Below, piece after piece: positions 9,095 to 21,044 of a DNA stretch of 64,000 bases. The translations under genes were made by a program, and so were the position numbers. The notes below the pieces were generated by a model. That model searched no databases, was not told where the DNA came from, and saw only the letters and a list, made by a program, of their open reading frames with translations. Each line of letters opens with the position of its first letter. The stretch's first letter is position 1. The DNA comes from Schizochytrium sp. TIO01 (Eukaryota; Protista; Bigyra: Labyrinthulomycetes). The stretch covers positions 1,178,001-1,242,000 of the forward strand of contig SMSO01000004.1 of NCBI GenBank assembly GCA_004764695.1. Reading direction: 5' to 3'.

Positions 9095-11923
9095 TTACGC
9101 ATTTTCTGCCTCCAGATCTGTGTCCGCGCAGTGGCGAAGATTGAGCCAGACAAGTTTGCTGGCGAATGTTGAATCTGCAGTTGTGCGATTGACATCGAGG
9201 TCCACTTCATAATCAGTTGCAACGTTGGGCATGCGCAGAGCCTCTGATACAGGGACAGGATCAGTTCTCCAATTGGTCGTATACAAAAGGTCGAGATACG
9301 CGAGCGGCAAGTGAGGACATTGTACCTTATCGTTACCATAAAGAGGGAACGGGCACGGTTTGGCCGGAAGAACAAAGTCCAGAGGAACTGGTTTGCTCTT
9401 GGGACCTGTGACACAACGCTTGGATGTGCGGGTAGTAATACGCGGATAGATCCTCAACTTTGCTGCGTCTGGTTGGTCCATGTTTACGATTTCGTAAAAG
9501 AGAATAGTATGTTTGCTGGAGATCTTTGAGATTGGTTTGCAAGAGTACCGACTAGTAGGGGAACTAGAGACAGCAGAGGATGCGCTAGCAGATGCCTCCA
9601 TAGCGGCAAGTTCCTCAGCCCGACGTGCCGCAGGCTCAGCTTCCAATGCCTGAGCGTCGCCAGGAAGGGCTGTTGAACCAGTCGTTTCTGTGGTCGATTT
9701 CCGAGTTGATTTTGTGCGAGATTTGGTCGAGCGCACTTCACATCCCTTGATAAGATAAGGCCTGTAAAAAAATCCCTTGTTAAAGCGGTCGAGAATTGCT
9801 TTGACTGCTCGTGAGCTTTTGTGGACCATGCTTACCGAGTGGCTCTTCTGCCAAGGGGGCATGGCACCGCTCATTCGATACATGCCCAATGCAAAACCTT
9901 CGTCAACCCACCAGTCTGAAAACGAGACTGCGACAAAGTGCGTAGTAAGAGCACGCATCATTTTGAGAATCTCATCGTGTTCATCACAACAACGGGACAT
10001 CTTGTACCCAGTGGAGGATGTAAGGAAGCTTGGGTTGATGTTCAACTGGGGTGCAAGGGCCGTGGGTTCCTGACATTCAATGTTCTTGGGGCAATCGTAG
10101 CGATTATCACGAACGCCAGACTCTTCAATTCGAATGGGTTTGGGGTCTTTTGAGAATCTGACAAGACCATTCTCGTAGTTGGGGAAAATATCGTGCAGCT
10201 CGCGAGAAGCTTCTTTCAGGTTGACCACACGATCACAATAACGGCCAGACGGTTTAGCAGATCTCCACTCACATGCAAGCTGAGTCTCGCACTTCAACTT
10301 TGAACGCAAAAGAGAACACTTAGTCCCGAGCTCCTCCGGGTTATCAAGATAATAACGATCCACGCAGTATTTTCCTTTAGTAAGTGTCTTTGCCGGCCAG
10401 ATGCAATGTTTGAGAGTATCACACGTTGTTTTTACCTTCGTAGAGGAGCAAGGCACAAACTCGATTTCAGTAAGACACTGTTTGTCTTTCCAATAACAGT
10501 GATCGTTTTCAGAACACGAAGCCTCGTTTGAGTATGCCTTGCAACGTGTAATTGTATGAGTGACATTGCCAATACGGACTTTTACAAGCTCCGAAACTCC
10601 GTCGTCCACTTCTTCAGTAAGATCTTCTTCCTCGATCTCAACAATTGCATTCTTGTCAGCCATGGCAACGCAGTAGCGACCTTTCGTTTTATATTTTGAT
10701 CCCCACCTGCAATTAGGAATTTTACCACAGGTTGACTTCACTTTTGTCATGTTACAGGTCATAGCCCACGGTTCAGTGCGACACCCCTTGCTTTCTGTAT
10801 TCCAGTAACACCTATCTACTTTGTCGCAAGTCTCCTCCCCAGTGAGTTTGTAGCATGGTAATGTAGCTGGATCCATGAGTTCCTCAGCCTCAGCAACTTC
10901 AGCTTCCTCTTCGTTTTGGAGATTCTCAACGCAGTAGCGGCCCTTAGTCTTAGAACGCGACGCCCAAGTACACTTTGAAAGTTTAGCACAAGTGGTTTTG
11001 ACTTTAGTCATGGAGCATTCCATTGCCCAAAGTTGAGTTCGACAGCTGTGGGTGTCAGTGCCCCAGTAGCAGTGCGGGATTTCACCACAGCGCGACTTGG
11101 AGCTCACATCCTTGCACAAGATGTCCTCAGGTTTGAGTTGTGAGAGGTCAACCGGAAGGTCATTGGGAACAACGACCCTCGCAGCTTCTGCTGCAGCCGT
11201 CGCGATTGCGCTATCTTCACGCTCCAGAGCATCCATGTTGACTTGGAACGGAGACCAGGATGAGTCATCCGAGATTTCTGCACGGTCATCCAGAATGTCG
11301 TCAGGGAGAACATGCCCAGTAAGTACAAATGGCTCCTCAGGTTCCTGCGTATCATCTTCTGCCGGGGCTTCCTCATCATCGACTTGGGTATTTTCTGTTA
11401 AACCGGAGTTGACCTCTTCCTCATCCGGTGATTTTGTTTCATTTGCCTCTTCATTGTTTGTTTGAATTGCAGGACTTTCTACAACAGGCTGCTTCGGCTT
11501 TTGCTTATGCTGCTGCTTAGGCGCTTCTTCAATCTCGTCCATATCGAAGCTGAGATCGAGCTCAATTTCTTCTTCATCTGCCTCTGCTACTGAGTTTCTA
11601 GTTTTCTCATTGGCTTGACTGTTCTCGTTGTTGATGTGAACAACTTTAGCAGGGCTGTTGTGTTCGATATGGTTAGCGTGCAGTGGAGAACTACGAGAGT
11701 CCTTTCCATCCGTCTCCTCTAGAGAGACATAAACATAGCGCACGTTTTGATCTCCTGCGCTTGAGAAAACACTGCCCAACATTGAGTTCACAAACACATG
11801 ATAGCAACCTAGTACTACCAGCATGATGCATGCAATCAAAATTTTGTTGGCCATCGTTCCCGACCCTGATGAGCTCGCGCGAGGGCTGTTCATTGGGGAA
11901 TACGCAGCTGTTGTCGACGCCAT
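9095..11923 (-). CDS. Type II membrane protein: acidic stem, 7 Cys-rich CxW repeats and a C-terminal LicD/fukutin-FKRP-like domain (degenerate active site)
   Basis: ATG at 11923 (MASTT). TM segment ILIACIMLVVLGCYHVFV. WWVDEGFALGMYRMSGAMPPW and FVLPAKPCPF...PHLPLAYLDLLYTTNW match the LicD framework. Confidence 0.75.
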   Translation of the reverse strand: MASTTAAYSPMNSPRASSSGSGTMANKILIACIMLVVLGCYHVFVNSMLGSVFSSAGDQNVRYVYVSLEETDGKDSRSSPLHANHIEHNSPAKVVHINNENSQANEKTRNSVAEADEEEIELDLSFDMDEIEEAPKQQHKQKPKQPVVESPAIQTNNEEANETKSPDEEEVNSGLTENTQVDDEEAPAEDDTQEPEEPFVLTGHVLPDDILDDRAEISDDSSWSPFQVNMDALEREDSAIATAAAEAARVVVPNDLPVDLSQLKPEDILCKDVSSKSRCGEIPHCYWGTDTHSCRTQLWAMECSMTKVKTTCAKLSKCTWASRSKTKGRYCVENLQNEEEAEVAEAEELMDPATLPCYKLTGEETCDKVDRCYWNTESKGCRTEPWAMTCNMTKVKSTCGKIPNCRWGSKYKTKGRYCVAMADKNAIVEIEEEDLTEEVDDGVSELVKVRIGNVTHTITRCKAYSNEASCSENDHCYWKDKQCLTEIEFVPCSSTKVKTTCDTLKHCIWPAKTLTKGKYCVDRYYLDNPEELGTKCSLLRSKLKCETQLACEWRSAKPSGRYCDRVVNLKEASRELHDIFPNYENGLVRFSKDPKPIRIEESGVRDNRYDCPKNIECQEPTALAPQLNINPSFLTSSTGYKMSRCCDEHDEILKMMRALTTHFVAVSFSDWWVDEGFALGMYRMSGAMPPWQKSHSVSMVHKSSRAVKAILDRFNKGFFYRPYLIKGCEVRSTKSRTKSTRKSTTETTGSTALPGDAQALEAEPAARRAEELAAMEASASASSAVSSSPTSRYSCKPISKISSKHTILFYEIVNMDQPDAAKLRIYPRITTRTSKRCVTGPKSKPVPLDFVLPAKPCPFPLYGNDKVQCPHLPLAYLDLLYTTNWRTDPVPVSEALRMPNVATDYEVDLDVNRTTADSTFASKLVWLNLRHCADTDLEAENA

Positions 11924-12572
11924 ACCACCGGGTGCAATCACGATCAGAGTCGCAAACGCAGCACAACTTGAGTGCGAATCCTTGTCACCAAACCTGTGTC
12001 ACAGCTCAGGGCCCAAGTCTTTTTTATCTTTGACAAGTTCTCGCCAGTTTTCTGACGTCGTCGCAAGTCAGGGCAGTGAACGAGCGGGCGGCAAGCCAAC
12101 CCGTCCGTAACCTAACGTTGTGCTGACAACCACCAGCAACAATGACGAATGAAGGCTGATGGAATGAGCGCTAACCCTGTGGGAAGAAAGAACGAATTAC
12201 TCCAGAATCACTCGATCCCAATGACCCGAATTGCTCAAAATCAACAACAACGCAATTCGTCAATCTTTGTAGAGCACAACGAATCAGGACGCCGTGTACA
12301 GACTGCGCAGATGGCAGCGATCGTTTCCGAGATGATGGTAAGAAGTTAGAACCAATGCGTTGAGTGGTCGATGGTGATCGATCCCAGACCCAGAGCAAAA
12401 GAGGGAAAGAGAACGAAAGAACAGCGCGAAGAACTGCGTGATGCCCAAAATAAGCAATGCAGACGATGCGGACCACACGAACAAAGGTCCTGCCTGCTTC
12501 AGACCGCTGCCTTGTTGACCGCCCGTGCTGAGCGGCCTAACAAGCTATCGCGGGGGGTTAATCGCGGCTGGC

Positions 12573-12634
12573 TGATCGATCAATCGATCGATCAATTAAA
12601 TGATTGATTGATCGATTGACTGATTGACTGATCA

Positions 12635-12668
<34 letters not shown>

Positions 12669-12680
12669 CGATTGTTGATT
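12573..12680. repeat. Degenerate (ATTG/ATCG)n tetranucleotide microsatellite
   Basis: Visible gatt/gatc tandem run next to the CpG-rich block upstream of the LicD-like gene. Confidence 0.85.
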
Positions 12681-12959
12681 TTCTCTTTAAAAAAGAAAAA
12701 CTCGAAGAAATTGATGAAGATGAAAAGCTTCTTTAATTTTATTGATTTATTGATTTATTAAAATAATAAAAAAGACATCTTAATTACCTAGCCTAAATAA
12801 CAATAGACAGTGCTATATATGCAGGCTAGTAACAATTACTGTAAACAAGTTTTTTCTTTTCTGGACGGAACTCGATATGAGAAGGAAGTATGTAGCACTA
12901 CCTAGGCACCTACTACCTCTCTGTACTACTCAACAGATTGGATGACTCAGTTTTAATGT

Positions 12960-13480
12960 TTTAGATTTTGCCCTCTCGCACTCGGGTGGCACGGCTCAGA
13001 GCTACTGCTTCGAAGCTGACTCGTGGAACTGACTGAGTGCAGCAACCTTTTGACGCATTTCCGTCAACTGGGCAGAGTCCTTCTGCAGCTATTTGGTTGG
13101 TCTCTCGGCACGCTTAAAGTGCTTCTCTTTAAAATCCAAGATTTCCTCGTTTGTTTCACGATTACATCCCAGCGGTAAAAAGAAAGCAGAAGAACAGACA
13201 TAGTTAATTAAAAAATAAAAATAAAATATGAGAGTTTTTTTTAATGAACTCCTATTGCTTGTACCTGAATGAATGTTGGTCAAGCAAAGCTGCTTTATTG
13301 GGGACTTTGATCATCCAATGTCGATCCTATTTCGTAGGTAGGTCCCCAACCAACCAGGCAAGAGTCCACTGTTCCTAGACCCGCCTTCGGTTCTTGCGTC
13401 TCCTTGCAAACTGATCAAGCAAGAGTAGCTCACTTTGCTCTTCTTCTCTGTAAATTCTTCAAGTTCTCAGCCCTTGTGTG
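12960..13480 (-). pseudogene. Possible decayed coiled-coil coding fragment
   Basis: Minus strand reads ELEEFTEKKSK then a GTGAGC donor-like site, and later NEEILDFKEKHFKRAERPTK*LQKDSAQLTEMRQKVAALSQFHESASKQ*. Protein-like composition with internal stops. Confidence 0.25.
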
Positions 13481-13757
13481 GTAAATAGATGAGCTTGGAG
13501 AATAATAAGATAATATGAGGTAGGCAGACACCCTACAACCTTTATAGAAGGCGAAGACAAACCAGTTCATCAATTCATCAATTCATCAATTCTACGACTT
13601 GCAGTCATCATCAATTCGATCACTTCACGAAGCCACCACCTTTCAGCTCATGATCACCCAACCCAAACAAAGACCTGAACCCTGAGACGACCAATACCGC
13701 TTTTAATTCTTTGAACTCAGGTACTTGGCGAATCCCCTTTCGAGATGGTCACATTCG

Positions 13758-13785
13758 TTCATTCATTCATTCATTCATTCATTCA
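13758..13785. repeat. (TTCA)7 microsatellite
   Basis: Direct reading. Confidence 0.9.
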
Positions 13786-14508
13786 TCCCCAAAGCACCTT
13801 GAGAACCGTGTCAATCCACGTTGAGTCGCTCTCGGGAACTGGCAACAACTCATGAGTTGCTCCTCGGTCGTGAACTCGACTCCAGCGCAATCTCAAAGTC
13901 AGTTTCGCTCGTGCCTTGGCTTTCTTGAGCTCGTCTCAAGCAAAGCAAAGGCCTCCATCCACTCCTCCGCTGTCCACACGGACTCGCGCCCGTCAGTCAC
14001 TTAATTAATTAATTAATCAATTAATAAAGCAAAGCGAACAGAAGAAGAAGAGACATCGCGGTAACACCGGGTCTTCTGGGGTTCGCACCGCGTCTGAGAG
14101 CCCTTCGTTCGCCAGCGAGTGCACATTCGCACTCTTCCTCGTTATGGAGCGACGTCTCCGACGAAAGTTGATTGATGTCATGCAATATCGCCGCACAAAG
14201 TTGACGGATGACTCTCGAGGACAGACCCGAGGGCGTCGCCAATGTCGCCAAAGGCACTGGCCTGCAGAGCGTGCGAGGCGCCTGAAGCTTGAGAAGAGAG
14301 CGTGGGTTTGCCTGCTCTCGTTCCCATCTGGAGCCGGGCGCCTTCGTGGAGTCGATGGCGATGTTGCAACATTAAGGGACCCGCGCATGGGCCGCCAATG
14401 GTGTCCATGATATTTATATTCTATAGTCACCGTCAAGTACCGCATTCCCGCCTAATCAATAGTACGTAGGCAGTGCTTATACTATAGTAAGTGCTTATTT
14501 ATCTATTT

Positions 14509-14512
<4 letters not shown>

Positions 14513-14540
<28 letters not shown>
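14513..14540. repeat. (ATTG)7 microsatellite
   Basis: Direct reading. Confidence 0.9.
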
Positions 14541-14542
<2 letters not shown>

Positions 14543-14919
14543 CTGTGTTTATTCGATGTTTTTTTAATTTTAATTTTTAATTAAATTAAAATTGTTATTG
14601 AAAATGTATACAGTAAAATGGGTTGCAGAAGGAAAGCAAGCAAGCTCTCAGCTCGCTGTTTCCCGAATCGAGGACAGTCTCTGTGTGCGTGTGGATCTAC
14701 GCTTTAATTTGTGTTCCGCGCCCAAATATCACCAGGAGAAGTGCTCTGAGAGTCTGAACTTGATATTCGCGTTTTCTGCACAGGTTTGCTGCTATGGCGG
14801 CGGTGAGACCTAAAGCTGAAGATTTGCTACGCCCCATCTTGTGCTTTAAATTATGGAAATGATGTCTCAAGTTAACATGATGAAAATATTTGTTACTTTT
14901 TAACAAGGAAGTAAGGAAG

Positions 14920-15096
<177 letters not shown>

Positions 15097-15194
15097 TGAA
15101 GATAAAGTGTTTATCACGTATCATTGGTCTTTCTCTTAAGTAAACAAACAGTTTTTTATTCCTAAAATATTAAAAAGCTTCCGCTATCAAGTCA

Positions 15195-15640
15195 CATTAC
15201 ATCTTCCTCCCATCGCAAGTTGTGGCAGCCAAAAGATTCCAGGGCCACACTCCTTCACATGATGCAGGCAACACAGTACAAACAAGCTGGCAAGCACCCA
15301 AACTAAGTCTGTGTCCCTCTACTATACGCCTGAGGAGCCAGCCCCAAACGCTTCAAGTTCAAGCTCGGTGGCGAGCGGGGTACTCTGGGCGTACCTTACA
15401 TTCCCCACCCATCAAGATACATTCATGATGCACTCAAAGCCTTCACAAGTACCGGGATCCCAGAGCCCTCCTTCAAAGCCGTGGCAAGTCGCATTTTCCA
15501 CAGCCGTGACGCAGGGAAGACGAGACCCACACGCAGATAGAGATCTTCACGTCAGCCCGAAGACACAGGCAGTCAGTCAGCCAGCCTTCAACATGGCTTT
15601 CACCGCTTTAGCGCTGCAAGTGCCACCCACAGAATGTATT
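15195..15640 (-). pseudogene. Probable decayed gene for a Cys-rich, possibly membrane-anchored protein
   Basis: One minus-strand frame reads ...MLKAG*LTACVFGLT*RSLSACGSRLPCVTAVENATCHGFEGGLWDPGTCEGFECIMNVS*WVGNVRY...GV**RDTDLVWVLASLFVLCCLHH. The in-register + strand ORF looks like an antisense shadow. Confidence 0.35.
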
Positions 15641-18600
15641 TAGCTCGATGATCGTAAGGTCTCCAAGGCCCCTGATTAACTACTGCGTATTATGAGCGGA
15701 GTGTTGCGATATCGACGCACGCCGATCTTTCAAGCTGCTCGGACTTTTCAAGATTAGATAGAGTTATTGTGGTCTTTCTTGCCTTCAAGGTGCTGCATGC
15801 TAGGAGCTGATCGAAGCCGCTTCGAAGAGGCCGCTGGGCTCAAGGGAGGCCAGAACCCAGGCTACCAGCCACACAGCCGTGCTTCGCGATTTGCCATGGG
15901 CGGGAACGGATAGACCGTCTTTTCTAGCTAGGTGCGCGATGATGGCGAGGATCTGTGAAATGAATGCACTGCTCTCCATCTTTAAAAGGGGAGGTGACTG
16001 TGCCAAATTGTCGCGTGCCAAGCTAGTCCCGTTGCTAGATACGTACGTAGGCACTGCATCAATCGTGCGAGTCATTGCGATCGCAAAGCAAAGGTTGCCT
16101 TGCCTCAACTCAACTCGAATCATGATGTTGAAGACGATGACGAGGATAACAGGTTCGGCAGCGAGGTGAAGAGTCCAGGGTAACGTGATTCTTCAGAGTC
16201 ATAAAAATAATTATTTTAATTTTTAACTTTTATGATTTATTTATGATTTATTTAGTAAAGTATTTTTAAATTAATAAGGTTTCATTTTATTATTTTTAAA
16301 TGTATTATTTATTCTACTTCTACCATGTATTTATTTAAGCAAGAGTGACTGAATGGTGAGGTGAGATTGAAAGTGGTTGGAGTTGGAGGTTCCTTTTTGC
16401 ATTGCCAGAAAAGAGCGAAGAGACCTTAAATAACCTTTTATACCTTTTTCAATCCGTCGATGCTGAACTGAAAGGACTTGAAGCTTTTGTCATCGTACCT
16501 AGCTCCCACGGAAGAGCACATACTTATTAGTTGTCAAACTTTTTGTTTGCAAAGTTTATGGGTAATTGAATTGCTCTTATTGAACGTGAAAAGTAATAAG
16601 ACTGTACCACAACAGGTTGCAAACTGTTCAGGTCAATACCTCTGAGCAGCTCCCGACTGCCAGATTCAAGCCAATGGTTACCTTCTGCTTGACTGAACGC
16701 TTGACTGACTTTGCACTGAGCAGTGACTGCAAGAGTGCCAATGCTTTGAATATGCAACCTCCGGGTCTGTCAATCAAAAGGTCATAAAGCTGTTGGCCGC
16801 GTTGCTCTTTACATCTGGTACAGCATTGTTAGAGCAAGACAATCATTTATCTCCTACAGAAAATGAGAATAAAACAACGACAAGATCCACGGACTACAGC
16901 GCATTGAATTTCAGACTAGGTACACATGATTCATAGAAATTATTGAGGGGCTGCGAGGATGAAAGATCAAGCCACGCACAGAGTTTTGGCAGAACACTGA
17001 AAGGTAAATCACTCGTGCAATTCTGGTCCCGCCGATTTATTGTGAGTAGTAGTAACATGGCAAATTCGTTTGAACCATGTGAAGACTTTACATTTGAAAG
17101 ACCTCGACCACCTTCTGCCGGTTAAGTACTAGTAGATAGGTCCAAAACGACAACCATATCGGTACGACGATTTATTGTTTTCTTTTTGAATTTATAACAA
17201 GCAGTATTTGGTTTTGATTGTAGCATAGATTTTGACATGTCCGAGCTATTTCATAGATATAATCAGCACCATATCATGCAACTATACGATAGTTAACGAT
17301 GGTGATGTCTAACTAATAAGATTTCTTACCAAATCGATAATATTTGGCCTAGAGAAGTATGAACAATAAGACATGAAAATCCCCGATCACACTGCACTAA
17401 GTCAGGAGATTCTGGGACCCTTATCTTCAGAGATGTGTTATTAAAAGATTCCATCTCAAAATAAGCGATTCATGATCTAGTATGCGAAGTATTGTAAGTT
17501 TTGCAGAAAAAAATGATTAGTTAGTTGTTAAAAATGAACCTGGTAAGCTAGAAGTTGACTGTGAGGATGAAGGCAAATGACCTTTGAAGGCTCGAAGAAG
17601 GGTTAGAAACGTTTCATAAACTTTGGCTTCGAATTAGCGACCTGGTGTCCATATAAATGGGTATCAACGGAGATTGATTCATGTTGTGATTAGGAGACAC
17701 GACAAAACTAACCTGTACTAGACACAACTGGAAAAGTTCGATCGGTATGTCTCTTTATCTATCATTCAGCTTCCACCAAACTTGATTCTAGCAAATACGT
17801 ATGTGTACTTTTGGTTGTCGTCTATCTTGGCTTTACAGTATTGACTTCACAGCTAGCCGCGCATTTGTTTTTTTAGTTCTATCCATATGTAAGTTCAAAA
17901 CTCTTGAGAGTGTACAATAGCACACCTAGGGCTCTGGTCCACTAGTTCTCGATTGGAGATCTCAGCAATACTGCTATTCTCGGAAATGAGAATTCCAATA
18001 AAGGCTAGGCTATTTTTTATGCACATGGTTTGAAGATCTATTCAGATACTTCGCTCTGGCACAATGAAACATATGCATTATAACAAAAAACTCGCAATGT
18101 TTGCAAAAGTGATGGATATTCACCATGCTAATCCTCAATTGCAGTGTATCTATCTTTTCTCAGCATTTATAAAAGGATAAGAACCACTCAGCAGTTTCAC
18201 TGAAAAGTATCAAGAAAACTGTTCTATCTATTAGGCTCATCTAATGTAAATCATTCTACAAAACTATCATGTAATCCTGGTTCTCTTAATTGATCACCTC
18301 AGTACTTTCAAACCCTTCACACCGTGGCTATTAGCTTTTTTACCTACAGTGTTGGATAATTTTGGTTGTTGCGAATGCAAGGGAATATAGTAGCAATTGG
18401 AGACAGCGGGCAGCTGTACCTACGGAAGAACCCTTACTATCGTGCACGATAAGACTAATTCCATCATTCTAAAAAGGAACCTGAGTGTACACCTTAATAA
18501 AAGGGCCTAAGTTAAGGTGATTCTCAAATGGTCCACTTTAGGTCGAGCGAATCCCATCGAAGGACTTGGCTTCATATCCGCATTCAACGCCGTTTTTGCG

Positions 18601-18820
18601 ACGTCGCGTTGCCGCTGGAGACTGTGCCAAGCAGGCAGCAGACTCCGAAGACCCGCACGCTAACCTTATCTCGCCGTTGTCGATCCTTGACGACTACTTT
18701 AAAGTTCTAACCGCTAGGCGGCTGTTGAACATTGCTTATTCTTGTCTTCTTGACAAGGTTGTTTTTCCGCATCCGCGCTCTTCAGAACGATAATTCGAGC
18801 AACGCTAACTACTTTGCAAA

Positions 18821-20083
18821 ATGAGCTCCACCGGTGCAGGCGTAAGTGACACGATGCTAATGGACCAGTCTCGCGCTTGTGTACCTGGCTTGCGAGATGC
18901 CTTTCTCAAGATCGCATATCCACGCGGCGATCTTGCGTCCTGATAAAGGATCTTAGGAAGCAAACCATGTTGGCTCCTCCTTGACGCGAGAAATAATTCA
19001 TGGAGATATATTCTAGCCTGCTCATAGATATGTTCTCTTTGCAGAAAGAAATGAAGACTAACGCCGAGATATCTATTATCCTGCTCGTACTGGACGGTTA
19101 ATGGGTGAATGAATTAATATCTTTCTTGGAGGGGTAAACAGTATGACCTTGGCTGCAACATCTACTCGCCAGATGGTCGTGTATTCCAGATTGAGTATGC
19201 CGCAAAGGCTGTGGAGAACAGTGGGTAAGTTCGCATGTTGGATTTCCTTGGCACGATCTTGTCCTATAAGAGCAAGTAGAACTAAGTGTTGAGTTTTTTG
19301 AAGTTCATTGACTTGGACCGTGAGACTAACCTTGGAGAACCCCGAATGAACTTATGGGCGAGTCCACATTTTGTTGCTGATGATTCATATCTATCACAAA
19401 TTATACACAGTGCTTTGATTGGTCTCAAGTGCAAGGACGGTGTTGTGATTGGCTCTGAAAAGCTTATGCCTTCTCGTCTCCTCACTGAGAACAGCGGCCG
19501 AAGGGTTCACCCCGTTGGCTTGCATGCTGGTATTGCCTTTACCGGCTACGCTGCTGATGGCCGTCCTGTGGTAAACTCTGCTCGCGCAGAAGTTGAGAAC
19601 TACCACGATTACTACGGAGTTGACATGCCCCCCCACACCCTCTCGGAGCGTATGGGTCACTATTTCCATGCATACACTACCTACGGTGGCTACCGGCCGT
19701 TTGGTCTAACGTTGATGGTCGCCGCTTTTGACGAGCTGGAACAAGAACCCTTCCTTCACATGATTGACCCGGCAGGCACACAGTTTCGTTATCACGGCGC
19801 TGCTGCAGGCAAGTCCAAGCAGGCCGCAAAGACAGAAATTGAAAAGCTTGACTTGAAGAACATTACCTGCGAGGAGGCTCTCAAGCGTATTTCTCTCATT
19901 ATCCACACCATCCGCGAGGAGGAGAAGGACAAGCCGTTTGTGTTGGAAGCCGGTTGGATCACTAAAGACACCAAGTGGCGATTTGAGCTTGTCCCCAAGG
20001 ATGTTCGTGACCGTGCCTTTGAGTGGGGCAAGGCCGAGCACGACAAGATGGAAGAGGACGACGACAGTGAAGACGAAGACTAA
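18821..20083 (+). CDS. PSMA3: 20S proteasome subunit alpha type-3 (alpha7); 3 exons: 18821-18841, 19142-19224, 19411-20083
   Basis: Spliced product [47 protein letters not shown]... carries the proteasome alpha N-terminal signature. Introns are GTAAGT..CAG (300 and 186 nt). The acidic C-terminal tail is typical of alpha7. Confidence 0.95.
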
Positions 20084-21044
20084 AGTACCCTTTTACTTTT
20101 GTCTGTGTACTAGTTTGACACATGACATTGCATACACCGATACCATTTCTCATATCTCTCTTGTCTCTTTCTTTCTTTCCTTCCTATATAGAAGCATGTC
20201 GTGCTCTGCTATTTCTTCTTTTCCAACAACCTTGCCCGCACGCCAAGTAATAGTACTTAATACTCGAAAAGAATCCTTGATTTCTTCTAACCATGACAAG
20301 CGCTCATGAATTTTGTCTTCCCTCATTGGGCCTATTTCCTTGCTGCACTTCGGCCATCTGCCGAGACGATCTTATCTCAATTTCTTCTGTCTATATGAAC
20401 ATAAAGTTTGTTCCTGTTTCAGTATTTTAGCTCCTGCTGCTATAGCGAATGTGAAGCAAGAAAAGATTTTATAAGTTAAGTGGCTAGTAAATCAACTACA
20501 CTTGCGATTCAGGCAGTTGTTGTGATTGATTTTAAAAATCTTCCTAAACCTCTCTTGGCCCCCCATCGTTGCTGCTAATGGCTGCGAGGCATTTGTTCCC
20601 TTATTCCTCCTTATATGTGTGGCCGTTGAGTATTTTTTTTTTTTAATTAAATGCTAATACTATCTTAAACACACCGCTTAAGCTTGCTTGTTCGACCCCT
20701 CCATCTTCTTAAGCTCTATAATACCTTGCGAAACACCCGTGATAGGGCTCATCATTTGTAGATCTTCTCCAAAAGTTCGACACCTATGAGCCTGTCCTGA
20801 TTGATTATCATGTGAAGCGGAATTCGATTTCCGTGGTGAGCAAAATTGGGCTTGCGTATGAAGGTTGTCCTATCGAAAACCATAGATGTCTATAGTGACT
20901 TCCTAGCGGTTAATCTACTTTTGGGAATAGTGTCGAAAACGCAACTTTATGAAGTCCCTGAGCTATAGGCAATTTTGCAATTGATAGCTAAGCGTGTAGT
21001 TTGATAACCTGCCTGAACATAGGATTCCTTGACTCAGGTGGGAG

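Noticed and set aside
14017-14445. Overlapping Arg-rich ORFs on both strands
   Set aside because: Typical of a GC/CpG-rich non-coding block; no domain or consistent coding signal.
19286-19410. N-terminal part of the ORF-track proteasome protein
   Set aside because: Lies in intron 2; the true N-terminus comes from two upstream exons.
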